64,000 nt of DNA from IMG/VR virus record IMGVR_UViG_3300031420_000495, positions 193,407 to 257,406 of that record, one strand, 5' to 3'. The notes below the pieces were generated by a model that was given only the letters and a program-made list of their open reading frames with translations, was not told where the DNA came from and ran no database searches. Of this stretch, positions 62,051-64,000 are shown piece after piece; the stretch's first letter is position 1; every line of letters starts with the position of its first letter. The position numbers and the translations under genes are program-made. Source of the stretch: a virus. Taxonomy: Duplodnaviria; Caudoviricetes.

Positions 62051-62443
62051 TCAGTATTTAGCGAATGCTGGCAAACGTTCACGCACTGCCGCCAGCACTT
62101 CTTCGCGACGGCCTTCTTTCAGGCTGGCGTACGGCTGTGCCAGTGCATCTTTCAGTTCGCGTTCGGGCAGAATGCCGAGCTGGACGCCGCGCAGGATGCC
62201 GATCGTGTCGACGATGTTCTCGCCGCAGATGTCTTTGTACAGCATCCAGATTTTGTCTTCGTAGATGCCGTGCGTGTCGAGGCTCAGCAGCGTGCCGAGT
62301 CCGCCGAGCATGTTGTCCGGATCGATGCGTTCGCTTTCCGTCAGCAGTTGCATCGACACACGCATCGCGCCAGGATTTCCGCCAGCCAGCTTCATGATTG
62401 CCGACATTGCAGTGTCAGTCATGCCAATACGTTCTTTGCCCAT
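62051..62443 (-). CDS. Hypothetical protein
   Basis: AIMKLAGGNPGA.. Confidence 0.78.
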   Translation of the reverse strand: MGKERIGMTDTAMSAIMKLAGGNPGAMRVSMQLLTESERIDPDNMLGGLGTLLSLDTHGIYEDKIWMLYKDICGENIVDTIGILRGVQLGILPERELKDALAQPYASLKEGRREEVLAAVRERLPAFAKY

Positions 62444-62488
62444 TGTATTTCTCCAGTTAGTTGGGCCCGAAGGCCCGGTTGATTTACT

Positions 62489-64000
62489 TCAGTTTTTCGG
62501 GATGACGATCGTCACCAGTTCGAACTGCGAACGCGTTGCAGCCACGTAGCAGAGGTTATCTTCTTGGGCGATTTCCCAAGGCATTTTGGCGAAGCCGGAA
62601 GGACCGGTTTGCAGCCACACGACTTTCTTCCATTCACGACCTTTCGACTTGTGGATCGAGGACAGCAGCACGACCGGCTTGCTATCGTCGCCACCGAAGA
62701 TCGCGTCGATTTCGTCGCAGACTGCTTTCTGCGGCGGCACGGTGACGGTGCCTTTTTCCAGCACGCGGTTGATGATGACCAGCAGACATTCGACTTTGTC
62801 GACGACATCAGCTGCACGCTTCGGCTGTTCCTTCGCCATGAACTTCTCGACTTCGCGATCGCGGAACTCGGTAAGACGTTCGATCAGCAGACTGATCGTC
62901 TTCACTTTCCAGCGGTTGGCCAGAGTCTTCAGACCGGCGCCGATTTCGCGACCTTCAACACGAGCCGGAATACCTTTGGCGATCAGCGCGTACACGTTCT
63001 TGATGAGCGGTGCGTTGAAGCGGCAGAGGATCGCATCGCCAACTTTGACTTCGGCGAACAGGTTTTCAATCAGTGCTTCGCGCACGATACCGTCCGGTGC
63101 CGACTCGTGGGCATTGATGTGGTTGACCCACTGTTGTGCGTAGGCGACGACCGATTTCGGGCAGCGGAACGTCACGTTCAGGAACAGACGAGTTGCATTC
63201 ACTGCGTTGCCGATCAGGTCCAGCGCGTCAGCGTCAGCACCGGTGAAGCCGTAGATGGCTTGGTGCTTGTCACCGACCGCAACCAGACGACCGCCTTTTT
63301 TCAGCAGTGCCAGCGACAGCAGACGACGCGATGCGTTGGTATCTTGTGCTTCGTCGATCAGAACCCAGTCGTACTTGTCGAACGTCACACCGTGGTACAG
63401 CGGTGCGAAGATCATGTCGTCGAAGTCGATGACTTTGTTGTTGACTTCAGCCGACTTTTCGAACAGCTTCTTGGCCAGCATGATGATCGTGCCGGTGTTA
63501 TCACGGCCTTGCTGCTCGTTGAAGGTTTCGACGTTGAAGTGATTGATCAGGTCGATCCAGGTTTGATCGTTCGCGGCTTCTTTGCCTTCGACGATGTCGA
63601 CCGCGGCTTGCTTGGCGTAGGAGACCAGTTGCAGAACCGGCGATTCGAGCATGCCGTATTCGAACTGACGGAGAGTCATTTGACGGAAGATGTCGCGGCA
63701 CTTGTCAGCGTTGACACGCACAGCACCGACGGCTTTGCGCCATGCCTTCATACCGGCGGCGTGCATCGTCGACACATCGAGACCGGGCATGCTGCCGGCC
63801 TTGGCTGCGATTTCTTCAGCGATCTTTTTGTTGTACGCGCCGAAGAACTTCTTGCCGAACATCAGCTTCAGACCTTCGATCAGCGTGGTGGTTTTACCAG
63901 CACCAGCGACCGCTTCCAGGACTGCCGAGCCCGTGCCCAGCGTAATCCAGTCAAAGAAAATTTGCTGCTGGACAGAAGGTTTGAACTTAGGCTTGGTCAT
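62489..64000 (-). CDS. UvrD/Rep-family SF1 helicase
   Basis: AVAGAGKTT, LIDEAQD, VGDKHQAIYGFTGA, TFRCP, SIHKSKGREW, YVAATR. Confidence 0.93.
   Translation of the reverse strand: MTKPKFKPSVQQQIFFDWITLGTGSAVLEAVAGAGKTTTLIEGLKLMFGKKFFGAYNKKIAEEIAAKAGSMPGLDVSTMHAAGMKAWRKAVGAVRVNADKCRDIFRQMTLRQFEYGMLESPVLQLVSYAKQAAVDIVEGKEAANDQTWIDLINHFNVETFNEQQGRDNTGTIIMLAKKLFEKSAEVNNKVIDFDDMIFAPLYHGVTFDKYDWVLIDEAQDTNASRRLLSLALLKKGGRLVAVGDKHQAIYGFTGADADALDLIGNAVNATRLFLNVTFRCPKSVVAYAQQWVNHINAHESAPDGIVREALIENLFAEVKVGDAILCRFNAPLIKNVYALIAKGIPARVEGREIGAGLKTLANRWKVKTISLLIERLTEFRDREVEKFMAKEQPKRAADVVDKVECLLVIINRVLEKGTVTVPPQKAVCDEIDAIFGGDDSKPVVLLSSIHKSKGREWKKVVWLQTGPSGFAKMPWEIAQEDNLCYVAATRSQFELVTIVIPKN

Overview
This is a 64-kb segment of a large lytic dsDNA (jumbo, T4-like) bacteriophage genome. 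Genes are dense and mostly on the minus strand, with sigma70-type early promoters, T4-type late promoters (YATAAATA), UUCG/GAAA intrinsic terminators and 34 tRNA or tRNA-like genes. No integrase, IS or CRISPR array is visible. The host is uncertain; the host-like accessory genes suggest a Gram-negative proteobacterium (inference). The main theme is RNA and translation maintenance: Ro60/TROVE with Y-RNA-like genes, a CCA-adding enzyme, an HNH-RNA ligase fusion, YqeY, and a 29-gene tRNA array (23849-27409). The best new candidate is a ribosome-dependent attenuator heading that array. A 40-codon leader ORF (27704-27826) ends over an antiterminator strand that can sequester the 5' arm of an intrinsic terminator. 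35 of its 40 residues belong to the 12 amino acids served by the array, and the four amino acids missing from the leader (A, L, S, Y) have no tRNA in the array. The array also tends to pair a canonical tRNA with a structurally deviant isoacceptor: long variable arms on Lys/Asp/Glu/Asn/Ile, minimal D-arms on Arg/Gln/Trp, and one 128-nt tRNA with two anticodon-like loops. Other content: PncA and NadE (NAD salvage), four T-holin-like paralogs, orphan PAS and periplasmic-binding proteins, two Hint-domain tail proteins, a kinase-like protein, and a family of late proteins with capsid-targeting-like N-termini. All product calls come from motif recognition by eye and all RNA folds were worked out by hand; no database search or folding program was run.
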